Assembly: GCA_032249315.1 (NCBI GenBank)
Contig: JAVVGB010000001.1
Span: forward strand, 4,072 to 68,071
Direction of reading: 5' to 3'
From: Thermoproteota archaeon
GTDB taxonomy: Archaea > Thermoproteota > Thermoprotei > Gearchaeales > Gearchaeaceae
DNA: 64,000 nt
A program made the position numbers and the translations under genes. Position 1 is the stretch's first letter; the number at the start of each line of letters is the position of its first letter. A model generated the notes under the pieces. That model worked only from the letters and a program-made list of their open reading frames with translations, was not told where the DNA came from and made no database searches. Positions 1-8,922 of this stretch are shown piece after piece.

Positions 1-306
1 GAAACAGCTTTAAACGATTTAAATAATTATATTCAAAAAATTTATGGTAATCCATTAGAATCTACAAGACTGATAATAAAACTTCCACCTAATACATGGA
101 TAAAAATCTATAATAATACAATAGAAGTTAGCAAAAACATTAGTATTATTCTCTATGATCCAAACAAAATAATAAAAAACGTTTACATGAATAAAGTAGA
201 GTATTACGTAAATTTTACATATATAGAAATTAATAAACAAATCACAAAATTATACTTAAGTTATGATATAAAGAGAAATTTAATGACCATAGAGGAAATC
301 ACTTAG
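1..306 (+). CDS. 3'-partial CDS (C-terminal ~101 aa of a gene starting upstream of the window); hypothetical protein
   Basis: Frame 1 is open from position 1 to the TAG at 304-306 (…NKQITKLYLSYDIKRNLMTIEEIT*). No recognisable motif. Confidence 0.3.
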   Translation, partial: ETALNDLNNYIQKIYGNPLESTRLIIKLPPNTWIKIYNNTIEVSKNISIILYDPNKIIKNVYMNKVEYYVNFTYIEINKQITKLYLSYDIKRNLMTIEEIT

Positions 307-336
307 GCACCTTTTATATTTTTTTAATAATAATTT

Positions 337-549
337 TTGATGGATAGCCTATACTTTAAAGCAGCGCTTTATAAATCATTACTTGAACTAAAAAAAGCTA
401 CCGTAGAGGATATAGCAGCTTATCTTTTAGCCAAAGGAATAGAGGCTACTCCGCAGAAAATCAGTCAATATTTAATAAAGATGCCTGGAGTTAAATACAA
501 AAGACTTTCTTACAAAACAATATACTTTTTAGAAGAAAGTAATGCTTAA
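337..549 (+). CDS. small hypothetical protein (70 aa), possibly winged-helix-like
   Basis: ORF track. It lies directly upstream of and overlaps the TFB-like gene by 8 nt. No diagnostic motif. Confidence 0.3.
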   Translation: MMDSLYFKAALYKSLLELKKATVEDIAAYLLAKGIEATPQKISQYLIKMPGVKYKRLSYKTIYFLEESNA

Positions 550-1294
550 ATGCGATAATTGCGGTGAAGAATTAAAAGAAATCAACAATTCTAAATATTT
601 AGTATGCATTCAATGCGGATTTGTTAGCAATATTATAATTTTTTCAACAGCAAATTTTATAAAAGAAGAAGAGCTAAAACAAAAATTCAGGAGAAATAAT
701 TTATATTTTTCTAAAACTTTTTTAAAATTAAAAATACCATTAAAATATAAAAATAAAATAAATAATAAAATTTTATATCAAATAAGAGATAAAAAAATTA
801 AAAGTAGAAAGGAAATAATTAAAATTATAAGAAATGAAATTAAAGACAATTCTTTAATAAATAAAAAAACAATAAAAGAAGCAAAAAAATATATTAATAT
901 AATTAAAGTATTTTTAAATTATAGCGGCATAGAAGAGATTTTTCTAGGTATAGCAATAATTTTTTATTGTAAAAGGAATAATGTCAATATTTCTTTTGAA
1001 ACTGTAGCTAAGTTTCTAGGAATTTCAAAAAATAATCTTTTTAGAAGATATAAAGAATTTGAAAAGAGAATAAAACTTTATACCAATTTAAATTTTAAAA
1101 AAGCTCTTATACTTAAAATAATCGGTCAAAAGAGATTCAAAAATTTATCTCTCAAAGACATTTCTTTAATTTATAACAAAGATTACCAAAGATTAAAGAA
1201 AACTTATTTGAGATTATATAAAAAATTAAAAAGTAAAAGTACTGAGGAAATAATTAAAGATTTTTTAGTAAATTATGCAGGGGGTGGGATTTGA
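542..1294 (+). CDS. TFIIB-like protein: N-terminal Zn-ribbon plus a single cyclin-like repeat (divergent TFB paralog)
   Basis: CDNCGEELKEIN…VCIQCGF is a C-X2-C-X15-C-X2-C ribbon. Residues ~150-215 (GIAIIFYCKRNNVNISFETVAKFLGISKNNLFRRYKEFEKRI) match the TFB cyclin-repeat pattern (A..Y.ACR…R…EIA…VS.KE.GR.YR). The 3' end overlaps the opposite-strand tRNA-Leu. Confidence 0.5.
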   Translation: MLKCDNCGEELKEINNSKYLVCIQCGFVSNIIIFSTANFIKEEELKQKFRRNNLYFSKTFLKLKIPLKYKNKINNKILYQIRDKKIKSRKEIIKIIRNEIKDNSLINKKTIKEAKKYINIIKVFLNYSGIEEIFLGIAIIFYCKRNNVNISFETVAKFLGISKNNLFRRYKEFEKRIKLYTNLNFKKALILKIIGQKRFKNLSLKDISLIYNKDYQRLKKTYLRLYKKLKSKSTEEIIKDFLVNYAGGGI

Positions 1295-1362
1295 ACCCAC
1301 GCTGGCCTCAAAGCCACGGGATCTTGAGTCCCGCCCCTTAGACCTGGCTCGGGAACCCCTGC
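1276..1362 (-). tRNA. tRNA-Leu (anticodon CAA), long variable arm
   Basis: Cloverleaf read by hand. Acceptor GCAGGGG/CCCCTGC, anticodon stem CGGGA/TCCCG, loop CTCAAGA, variable arm TGGCTTTGAGGCCAGC, T-arm GTGGGTTCAAATCCCAC. CCA is not encoded. Confidence 0.9.
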
Positions 1363-1421
1363 TACCAAATATTAATTATTATTAAAGGATTTATATTCCT
1401 TTTAATTGGTTAAAACGTTCT

Positions 1422-2090
1422 TTAATAATATACTATTGTTCCTATATCTTCGTTCTTTATAACTTTTAAAATGTTTTCGGGAATTTCTCCATTGAATACC
1501 CTAACAGGAATCTTCGACCTTTTTAATATTTGTAAAGATTGTAAATCAAATAATTTATATCCTCCAGCATAAAACTCTTGGTTTTTCTCAAAAATTTTGA
1601 TTAAATCATCAATATGTACACGAGATAAAAGTTTTGCTTCTTTAAATTTTTTTGGATCTTTATCATATATTCCTTCAACATTTGTAGCATATAATAGCTC
1701 CCCATTTACAAGTTCAGAAATCATGCACGCAACAGTGGTTGTCGAGATCGTAGGAAAGAAGCCTCCGCATATTATTGCTTTATTTAAATTTGCTAGTTCA
1801 ATTAACTTATCCAGTTCTTTAACAAAATAAATTTCATTATATTTAGAAAGATATTGATGAAAAATTAAAGCATTTACTTGACTTATTAAAATTCCCAGAT
1901 AATCTAAAAAGGATTCACTTAAATTAAGAGATCTTCCAATTTCAATAAATTCCCTTGCTTTATCTCCACCACCTATAACAATTATTAAATCTTTCTTTAT
2001 TTTTATTGCTTCGTTTAATGTTTCTGCATATTTTTTAAAAAGTTCATTTTTAAGCAAATGTCCACCCAATTTTAGAATGGTTTTTTTCAT
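1422..2090 (-). CDS. pyrH: amino-acid-kinase family protein, probable archaeal uridylate kinase
   Basis: 222 aa with ILKLGG…IVIGGG…CGGFFPTISTTTVA, a carbamate/amino-acid kinase fold; the size fits archaeal UMP kinase. Confidence 0.55.
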   Translation of the reverse strand: MKKTILKLGGHLLKNELFKKYAETLNEAIKIKKDLIIVIGGGDKAREFIEIGRSLNLSESFLDYLGILISQVNALIFHQYLSKYNEIYFVKELDKLIELANLNKAIICGGFFPTISTTTVACMISELVNGELLYATNVEGIYDKDPKKFKEAKLLSRVHIDDLIKIFEKNQEFYAGGYKLFDLQSLQILKRSKIPVRVFNGEIPENILKVIKNEDIGTIVYY

Positions 2091-3331
2091 TAGTATCTTA
2101 ATATTCCTACAATACCTCCAAAGCTTTTTTTAATCGAAGAAGCTTCGTTTAAATTTTTACTTAGAAATATTAAATCTATTCCTGATTCAAAGATTTTTTC
2201 TAAAATATTATCAGTTTCATTTATTTCTTCAAATTTTAAATTAGTTGAGTTACATTTGCTGCATTTTAATTCGGATTTTAACTTAATAATTTCTTCCGAA
2301 TGGGTAAGAATTTCTTCTTTGTTTCTACAACTTAAACATTCATATATTAATTTTATTATTTCCAAATCTTCAGGTATTAAGATTTTCAAAAGTAAATTTT
2401 TATCCAAAGCTGCTAAAGTTTCGTTTAAACCTATACTAACCTGCTTAGGATTTTCAGTTAAATATTTTAAAAAATTAGAAATTTCCTCTTTCTGTTTAAC
2501 TATTTCAACCTTTTGCAAACTTTCCTTTCCCCTTTCAATCAATTCATAAATTCCTTCTTCTCCAGAATATCCCAAATCTATAACATCTATTACTTTTTTC
2601 TTTAAATCTGTAGGTAAATAATCTTTATCGAGAAATTCATTTTTTGTTGGTCCAGGTCCTCCTACTAATAAGCCATCAACAGAGTTTTCCCTAAGAAAAT
2701 ATTTTACAGCCCTTTCAGCAACTCTATGATAAAACTCATTAGTCATAACCTCAATAACTCTTTCAAATCTTCTTGCAGATTGTCCTCCTGCTCTATGTTT
2801 TCCAGGTATTCCTGAAGTAATTGTTTCAAGTATTTCAATATTACTACCATAAACTATAGCGAAAGATGCTTCTTCTCTATCTAATACCAACAAACCATAC
2901 TTTTTACCCATTTTAATACTCTCTTCTAATATTTCAGTATGGAAACGAGAATCACATCTATATAAATAAACATAAATTGGATAAGGAGGTTCTATTAAAT
3001 GAATTTCGAATTCTTCTGCGCCAGGTATTCCTTTATCTACATAACCAGCGAATACAACCAAACCGTTAGGAGGAGCTTTATTAAACAATTTTAATCTTTG
3101 AATAATTGAAGTTAATGCTTCTTGTACGTTATGTCTTGTGTTTCTATCCTTTATGTTACCTGCTTGCGAATATTCATTTTTTAATACATTTAATACATCG
3201 CTCATTTGCCTTTCAGAAGGTATATACAAAGAAATAAGTTCGGTTCCTTTACCTTCTTTCTTCTTCAATTCTTTTAATAATCTTCTTAGCCTTATTATTT
3301 CATTAGTATTATCTTCATTCATGAGGTTCAC
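2090..3331 (-). CDS. prf1: peptide chain release factor aRF1 (eRF1 homolog)
   Basis: 413 aa with a GGQ motif (HRAGGQSARRFERV), a NIKS-like NIKD motif and a C-terminal Zn-ribbon (CLSCRN…CSKCNS). Confidence 0.9.
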   Translation of the reverse strand: MNLMNEDNTNEIIRLRRLLKELKKKEGKGTELISLYIPSERQMSDVLNVLKNEYSQAGNIKDRNTRHNVQEALTSIIQRLKLFNKAPPNGLVVFAGYVDKGIPGAEEFEIHLIEPPYPIYVYLYRCDSRFHTEILEESIKMGKKYGLLVLDREEASFAIVYGSNIEILETITSGIPGKHRAGGQSARRFERVIEVMTNEFYHRVAERAVKYFLRENSVDGLLVGGPGPTKNEFLDKDYLPTDLKKKVIDVIDLGYSGEEGIYELIERGKESLQKVEIVKQKEEISNFLKYLTENPKQVSIGLNETLAALDKNLLLKILIPEDLEIIKLIYECLSCRNKEEILTHSEEIIKLKSELKCSKCNSTNLKFEEINETDNILEKIFESGIDLIFLSKNLNEASSIKKSFGGIVGILRY

Positions 3332-4457
3332 CTACTAAACGTATTATATTATATTTGAAAATGCCTTAAAAGTTTAACATTTTAAATAATTTTTATAACT
3401 TTTTACAAAAAATTGAGAAACTTACTTCTCAGCATGTGAAGTGACAATATTGGAAATCATACGAGAATAATAATGATAATAGGACTTACTTCCTTACGCC
3501 TTGAAAGGCAAGGTTTTATTTTGTAAAAGTTTTGTTCCTTAATCTATAACTCTTATTTTTGAATAAAATCAATGATGCACTGTTCCTCTAAAGGAACTTT
3601 GTCGTTTTTTCGTAATAAAAATAAATGATCTTGCATTAACTTCCAGTCAAAAAATAATAAGCATTCCTAAGATAACACTAACAAAAATCGCACTAAGAAT
3701 CTCCTTTAATTTATCTTCTTTATTGAGTTTGGGCGTTTTAACTAAAGTGTTATGAATACCAGAGTTAGTATCCCCCTACCTACTGTGTGAGCTTTACCGC
3801 ACGAATTCCTGAATAAAATTACGAAGGCCGGATTTTAATGTTTTAATTAGTGAAACAAAAATTTGGTCTCACATAGGATTCTATTGTCTCCATGGCAGGC
3901 CTTATCCAATTTCATCCAATTAGCAGGATATAGTTTATTGTCTCTAAAAATCTTGAATAAATCGATTGAAAATTACAGTTAAGTGAAGGTGAAAAAAATA
4001 GGGTCTGTAAGGGAATTGGCGAGGAATACAATGAAATAATGGGAATTAGATGGAAATTTAGTGCTACTGGCAGCTGAGCTAAGCTTAGCAGGATCCTAAG
4101 CGGCCAGGACCTTTTCGGTTCATTTAATCGCAAAATTATACGTTAATTTGAAATAAGGTTTTACGTAAACTCTGATAAAAATTGAAGTAACCCACAAAGC
4201 ATATAGTTTTGTTAGTTCTACATAAGCCTTTAAACACCAAAAATATGTTATACCTCAGCTAATAAGGATCTTTCACTCCAGCAAGCTCAAACGATTTAAT
4301 CCTCACTTTGCAACCCACACATTTTCCGCACGGTTTCTCCAAATTATTATAATAGATTTTCATTTTTATTCTCGGCTTAATTTTAACTTTTCTATTTAAA
4401 ACATATAGCTAATTTAGCGATAATCTTATATGCTAATTAAATTTTAATAGCCTGGTT

Positions 4458-4838
4458 TTAATACGGCTTTTTTATCTCAACTACTTTTACTCTCTCAAAA
4501 TCTTTTATATTTTTTGTAAGAATTGCACATTTCTCTTTAAAACCTACAGCTGCAATAATAGCATCTAGTAAGCTAATTCCATATTCTCTTCTAAATTTGG
4601 CTGCAATTTTTGCTATTTCATTATCCAACTCTACTTTTCTGAAAATTTTCAGCAACTTTTCTATCATTTCCCTTTCTTTAGCATCCTCGCATCTTTTTGC
4701 AGATAAAAGTTCTGCTTCAGTAATAACTGAGATTATTCCTTCAACTTCTTTTCTTTCTACTTTTTCTACTAGAATCCTTGCATCTGTGATATTTCTTAAA
4801 TGGTCAATTAAAATGCTAGTATCAAAAACATACTTCAT
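4458..4838 (-). CDS. vapC: PIN-domain ribonuclease toxin VapC
   Basis: 126 aa starting MKYVFDTSILIDHL, with the acidic PIN residues (D6, E42, D92…). Its start overlaps the upstream small gene by 4 nt. Confidence 0.7.
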   Translation of the reverse strand: MKYVFDTSILIDHLRNITDARILVEKVERKEVEGIISVITEAELLSAKRCEDAKEREMIEKLLKIFRKVELDNEIAKIAAKFRREYGISLLDAIIAAVGFKEKCAILTKNIKDFERVKVVEIKKPY

Positions 4839-5098
4839 ATTCCTAATCTTTTAAGTCTTTTTTCACTTTCTTTTCTCAATTTTCTAACATATCCCTCACT
4901 GGAAATTTTCCAAGTTTTCCAAAGTCCAAAAGTTTCCTCTGCTATTGTTTTTTTGGGCGACTCTAACCCTATTACTACTTTCTTTAATTTCTCATTTATT
5001 AAATATGATATTTTTTTAGTTGAGCCAAATCTCATTATTGATTCCTCAACCAACTTTTTATATATCTCATCATCCAAATTTATGGTTGTTTTAACCAT
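4835..5098 (-). CDS. vapB: VapB-type antitoxin (small DNA-binding protein) paired with VapC
   Basis: 87-aa ORF directly upstream of VapC with an ATGA-type overlap, the typical toxin-antitoxin operon organisation. Confidence 0.5.
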   Translation of the reverse strand: MVKTTINLDDEIYKKLVEESIMRFGSTKKISYLINEKLKKVVIGLESPKKTIAEETFGLWKTWKISSEGYVRKLRKESEKRLKRLGI

Positions 5099-5756
5099 AT
5101 AAAAATATTGTTACTAACAATATAAAAACTCTACGGTTATATGTTTTTAGCTCTCGAATCTTTTGCCAACTGTTCAAAAATTGTTATAATTGAATAAATC
5201 TGAATAAAACAACATCATCTTGAGTGAAATTTTAACTAAAAGATTATTCAATATTCCAAAATTTTCTTCGTTAGCTTAAGAAATTGCCAAATATTCACCA
5301 CAAACCTTTAAAGCTTATATACTCTTATCAATAGAGCTCATTCAATCATCATAGACTAATTTCTTTTTCTAACTATTCTATCTTCTTTTCCTATATGATT
5401 CCAAAATAAATCAGTAAAAATGTAATGAAAGGCTAAACCTTTCCATTTTCCATATCTACTTTCAGACAAGTTGATTTTTTTGTGCTGGGACTAACTTCTT
5501 ATTAAATAAAATTCTCGAGAGCTTTTTCTGTTCCCATGCTCTTCCCTTCAAATCAAATGTATCAGACCTTTAAAGATAATCTCACAAGATTATTTATGCG
5601 GTAGCCTGGCACTACCTGTTAAAATAGAATAAAGTTGAATAAACAATAGTAACATTGTTATAATGATAATCAGGAATAATTGGGCATACCTCTTAAATCA
5701 TAGTTAGAATTTCTATTAAGAATAAGGAGGCAAAAGCTTTAAATACTTTAATCGAA

Positions 5757-5828
5757 TGGACCGGGAGGGATTCGAACCCTCGACCTTCCGCGTGCGAAGC
5801 GGACATTCTACCACTGAACTACCGGCCC
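5757..5828 (-). tRNA. tRNA-Ala (anticodon CGC)
   Basis: Acceptor GGGCCGG/CCGGTCC with the G3:U70 Ala identity pair. Anticodon stem TCCGC/GCGGA, loop TTCGCAC, T-arm GAGGGTTCGAATCCCTC. Confidence 0.9.
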
Positions 5829-5871
5829 TTCAATAAAATAAACTAAAGAGAGAAAAATAAAATTAACAGCA

Positions 5872-5945
5872 GGCCCGGAATGGGATTTGAACCCATGCAA
5901 TAGGCTCCACAGGCCTACGAGCTACCAGGCTACTCAATCCGGGCC
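5872..5945 (-). tRNA. tRNA-His (anticodon GTG) with a genomically encoded G-1
   Basis: Reads GGCCCGGA…; G-1 pairs with discriminator C73. Anticodon loop CTGTGGA, T-arm ATGGGTTCAAATCCCAT. Confidence 0.9.
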
Positions 5946-5987
5946 ATTTCCAAAATAAATATTTAATAAAAAATCTTAAAAAGTTAT

Positions 5988-6305
5988 GTGAGGAAGTATA
6001 AGCAAATAGATTTGGCTAAGCAAAGAATTAAGATCTTATTAAATTATGCTTTAAAGTATTATAAGATCAATAAACAATTTTCAAAGAACTGTGTTTATCA
6101 TGCGTATAAAATAAAGACACGATTTAATTTAAAATTTCCTAAAGATTTTCGATCCCTATATTGCAAAAGCTGTTTTAACTTGTTATTACCCCCTGATGGT
6201 GCTAGGATTCGAATTGAAGGAAAAGGGAAAAAAATTAAAATAATAACTACCTGTTTAGATTGCGGTAGAGTAATTAGAAAAGAAGTTGAAAGAAAAATAT
6301 ATTAA
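5988..6305 (+). CDS. rnp4: RNase P protein subunit Rpp21/Rpr2 (zinc-ribbon)
   Basis: 105 aa, basic, with C-X2-C…C-X2-C (CKSCFNLL…CLDCGR). It sits in front of the S19e cluster, as in other archaea. Confidence 0.65.
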   Translation: MRKYKQIDLAKQRIKILLNYALKYYKINKQFSKNCVYHAYKIKTRFNLKFPKDFRSLYCKSCFNLLLPPDGARIRIEGKGKKIKIITTCLDCGRVIRKEVERKIY

Positions 6306-6331
6306 TAATTCTTACTTAAATTTTAACACAT

Positions 6332-6787
6332 ATGGTAGATCCTAAAATAATTCCTGCTGATAGATTCATAGCTGAGTTAGCTAGATATTTAAAAGAAAAT
6401 GTTAAAGAAATTCAGCCTCCACAATGGTCTGTATTCGTTAAAACTTCTCCTTCAAGGGAAAGATTGCCAATCCAAAATGATTGGTGGTATACTAGGGCTG
6501 CTGCTATATTAAGGAAAGTATATTTATTGCAACCAGTAAGCGTTAAAACTTTAAGAGTTTTATACGGAGGGAGAAAAAAGTTTAGTAAAAGAAGGGAACA
6601 TCATGTTAAAGCTAGCGGAGTAATAATAAGAAAAATATTACAACAATTGGAAATGGCAGGATATGTTAAAAAAACTCCCAAAGGAAGAATATTAACTAGT
6701 GAAGGACAATCATTGTTATATAAAATAGCTGATAAATTATATAATGAAATAGTTAAAGAAATTCCTGCATTAGCTAAGTATAGGTGA
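6332..6787 (+). CDS. rps19e: 30S ribosomal protein S19e
   Basis: 151 aa starting MVDPKIIPADRFIAELARYLKEN…, the S19e signature, in the conserved operon context. Confidence 0.85.
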   Translation: MVDPKIIPADRFIAELARYLKENVKEIQPPQWSVFVKTSPSRERLPIQNDWWYTRAAAILRKVYLLQPVSVKTLRVLYGGRKKFSKRREHHVKASGVIIRKILQQLEMAGYVKKTPKGRILTSEGQSLLYKIADKLYNEIVKEIPALAKYR

Positions 6788-6791
6788 GAAA

Positions 6792-7130
6792 ATGAGTGAA
6801 GATTTGGAACTTGAGGAAATTAGAAGAAGAAAATTAGAAGAATATAGAAAAAGATTAGAAGAATCCTATGATGAAGAAAGAAAAAGAAGAGAATTTGAAT
6901 TAAAGAAGGAAGAAATATTAAGGAAGATTTTAACACCTGAAGCAAGAAATAGAATTAATACAGTTAAATTAGTCAAACCTGAATTAATAAATCAACTTGA
7001 ATTACAATTAATGCAACTTGCATTGGCTGGCAAAATTAAAGAACCTTTGACAGATGAGCAGATAAAAGAGCTATTAAGGTCTATTCAAACAACAAGGGAA
7101 TTAAGGTTCAAAATTTATAAAAAAGAATAA
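6792..7130 (+). CDS. DNA-binding protein, PDCD5/TFAR19 homolog (COG2118)
   Basis: 112-aa charged helical protein in the conserved position between S19e and L39e. Confidence 0.65.
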   Translation: MSEDLELEEIRRRKLEEYRKRLEESYDEERKRREFELKKEEILRKILTPEARNRINTVKLVKPELINQLELQLMQLALAGKIKEPLTDEQIKELLRSIQTTRELRFKIYKKE

Positions 7131-7294
7131 TGGCAAGAAATAAGACCCCCTATAGAAAAAAGAAATTAGCAAGAGAAAGTAAGCTAGCAGAAGCTGTTCC
7201 TATATGGGTTACAGCGAAAACAAAAGTAGGAGGAAAAAGATTAAGAAGACATAATAGAAAAAGAAGTTGGCGCACTTCTTCCATTAAACCATGA
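7130..7294 (+). CDS. rpl39e: 50S ribosomal protein L39e (54 aa)
   Basis: Not in the ORF track because it is under 60 aa. Hand translation gives MARNKTPYRKKKLARESKLAEAVPIWVTAKTKVGGKRLRRHNRKRSWRTSSIKP*. Its start overlaps the upstream stop (TAATG) and its end overlaps the L31e start (ATGA). Confidence 0.85.
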   Translation: MARNKTPYRKKKLARESKLAEAVPIWVTAKTKVGGKRLRRHNRKRSWRTSSIKP

Positions 7295-7647
7295 GTGAAG
7301 AAAAAGAAGTTAGAAAAGGAGAAATAAAAGAAGAAGTAAAGGAAGAAACTACAGAAGAAAAATTTAAAATAGAAGATTTTCTCTATGAAGATGAAAGTAT
7401 TAAAGAAGAAAGAATTATGACAATAAATTTAAGAGATGCTAAAAAGGCTCCATTATATAAAAGAAGTAAAAAAGCTGTAAAACTTTTAAAAGAACTAGTT
7501 AAAAGATTTACAAAGCAAAAGGAAATATGGATCAGCCAAGAAGTTAATGAAGCAATATGGAAGAGGGGTATTAAGAAACCTCCTAGAAAAATAAAAGTTA
7601 AGATTATAATAACGAATAAAGATAGAGCATTGGTATTTTCTGCTTAA
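7291..7647 (+). CDS. rpl31e: 50S ribosomal protein L31e
   Basis: 118 aa with the L31e core (…ERIMTINLRDAKKAPLYKRSKKAVKLLKELVKRF…) in operon context. Confidence 0.85.
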   Translation: MSEEKEVRKGEIKEEVKEETTEEKFKIEDFLYEDESIKEERIMTINLRDAKKAPLYKRSKKAVKLLKELVKRFTKQKEIWISQEVNEAIWKRGIKKPPRKIKVKIIITNKDRALVFSA

Positions 7648-7651
7648 TTTT

Positions 7652-8326
7652 ATGGCAGGAATAGATAGAGCATTTATTTTTAATATGGAAATTATAGGTG
7701 CTTTCTCTATAGCTACAAATAAGGTTTGTTTTTTACCAAAAGGTGTATCTCAAAAAACAAAGGAATTATTTAAAGAAATTTTAGAAGTAGAAATCGAAGA
7801 AACTACAATTGCAGAAAGTAGCTTAATAGGAATTTTTGTAGCATTTAATGAAAAGGGAATATTGTTGCCTTGGAATTCTACAAAGGAGGAAAGGGATAAG
7901 ATGACTTCATATTTTGAAAATGTTGAAGTTTTGAAATCTAAATATAATGCGTTAGGTAATTTAATAAGCTGTAATTCGAGTGGTGCAGTTCTTCATATAA
8001 ATTTTAATGAGGATGAAATAAATTTAATAAAGGAAACTTTAAAAGTTAAAAATATTTCTTTTTTGCCTGAAGGAGAAAACTACTTAGCATCATTCTTATA
8101 TGTTAACGATAAAGGATTTTTAGCTTCAAACTATTTTAGTGAAAAAACGCTAGAGATGTTCAAAAATACTTTCAATACAAATGGAGGTTATGGAAGTGTA
8201 AACAGAGGAAGTAAAATTATTAAATTAGGTTTAATATGTAATAATAAAGGAGGAATTGTAGGTGGGATGACAACGGGTGTTGAAATTGGGAAAATCGACC
8301 AAATCTTCTTCGGAAAAAGTGGTTAA
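7652..8326 (+). CDS. eif6: translation initiation factor 6 (aIF6)
   Basis: 224 aa with the pentameric eIF6 repeats (MAGIDRAFIFNMEIIGAFSIATNKVCFLP…) in the conserved position. Confidence 0.9.
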   Translation: MAGIDRAFIFNMEIIGAFSIATNKVCFLPKGVSQKTKELFKEILEVEIEETTIAESSLIGIFVAFNEKGILLPWNSTKEERDKMTSYFENVEVLKSKYNALGNLISCNSSGAVLHINFNEDEINLIKETLKVKNISFLPEGENYLASFLYVNDKGFLASNYFSEKTLEMFKNTFNTNGGYGSVNRGSKIIKLGLICNNKGGIVGGMTTGVEIGKIDQIFFGKSG

Positions 8327-8513
8327 AGATTTTGAAGCTAAAGGATACATAAGAAAAGGCACTGAATTTTATTTAAGATTTAAAAAAAGGATAAAAGCAT
8401 ATTCATTAAAACATGCTATAAATATTCTGCTTTCTACTTTAGGAAGCAATTATAAAGTTAAAAGGGCTCATATTTTTATTGAAGAAATAAAAGAAATAAA
8501 AAATGAGCAGTAA
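8277..8513 (+). CDS. rplX: 50S ribosomal protein LX (L18Ae)
   Basis: The C-terminal half (…YSLKHAINILLSTLGSNYKVKRAHIFIEEIKEIK) resembles LX, and the gene order is conserved. The start is uncertain: GTG at 8277 or a later GTG at 8319; it overlaps the eIF6 3' end. Confidence 0.55.
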   Translation: MLKLGKSTKSSSEKVVKDFEAKGYIRKGTEFYLRFKKRIKAYSLKHAINILLSTLGSNYKVKRAHIFIEEIKEIKNEQ

Positions 8514-8922
8514 AGAAGCTATATTAAATAGGAAATTGATTGAATATGAATATTACAAACAATTATTGGAAAATTATCAAAATCAGTTAACTTTGATGCT
8601 AACAGTATATAATGAAATGGAAATTACTTCGAATTGCTTTGAAGAATTAAAAAAGCTTAAAGAAGATAATGTTGAAATGTTTGCATCAATAGGAAGTGGT
8701 TCTCATATTTTAATAAATTATAAACCAAACACAAAACTTCTGGTTCATGTAGGAAGTAAAATATACGTAGAATACACTTTAGAAGAAACAATTGATTTTA
8801 TAAATAGAAGGAAGAAAAGATTAATGGAAAATATTGAGAATTTGAATAAAATAATTCAAGAGTTAAGTAATATAATTACAAGAGTAGAAAGGGAAATAGC
8901 AAGATTGTCTGAAAAAAGTTAA
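8503..8922 (+). CDS. pfdA: prefoldin alpha subunit
   Basis: 139 aa, coiled-coil–beta-hairpin–coiled-coil (…ASIGSGSHILINYKPNTKLLVHVGSKIYVEYTLEE…), in the conserved position before ftsY. Confidence 0.75.
   Translation: MSSKEAILNRKLIEYEYYKQLLENYQNQLTLMLTVYNEMEITSNCFEELKKLKEDNVEMFASIGSGSHILINYKPNTKLLVHVGSKIYVEYTLEETIDFINRRKKRLMENIENLNKIIQELSNIITRVEREIARLSEKS

Noticed and set aside
1597-3338. Plus-strand ORFs 1597..1830, 2256..2549 and 3138..3338
   Set aside because: They are antisense to the strongly supported pyrH-like and aRF1 genes, with low-complexity translations.
3800-4110. Cluster of 6-bp restriction-type palindromes (GAATTC, CCATGG, CAGCTG, AAGCTT, GGATCC, GCGGCC) suggesting vector or polylinker contamination
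   Set aside because: The sites are spread over about 300 bp, not arranged as a polylinker, and are flanked by continuous AT-rich native-looking sequence. More likely chance in a locally GC-richer segment.
3560-4120. Possible RNase P RNA or SRP RNA in the GC-richer, ORF-free patch
   Set aside because: I found only loose resemblances (for example GUGCGGUAAAGCUCACAC on the minus strand against the P10-12 consensus GUGCGGUAAGAGCGCACC). The P4 AGGAAAGUCCGGGC and ACAGAANCCGGCUUA motifs are absent, and the matching pieces lie on opposite strands. The call cannot be made without a covariance-model search.
3912-4133. 73-aa minus-strand ORF in the GC-richer patch
   Set aside because: No motif and a low-complexity composition; it lies within the suspected non-coding or structured region.
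8277-8326. 50-nt overlap between eIF6 and LX suggesting a frameshifted fusion
   Set aside because: Both proteins are complete and homologous to their families over full length. The more likely explanation is that LX uses an alternative internal start (GTG at 8319 gives VVKDFEAKGY…).
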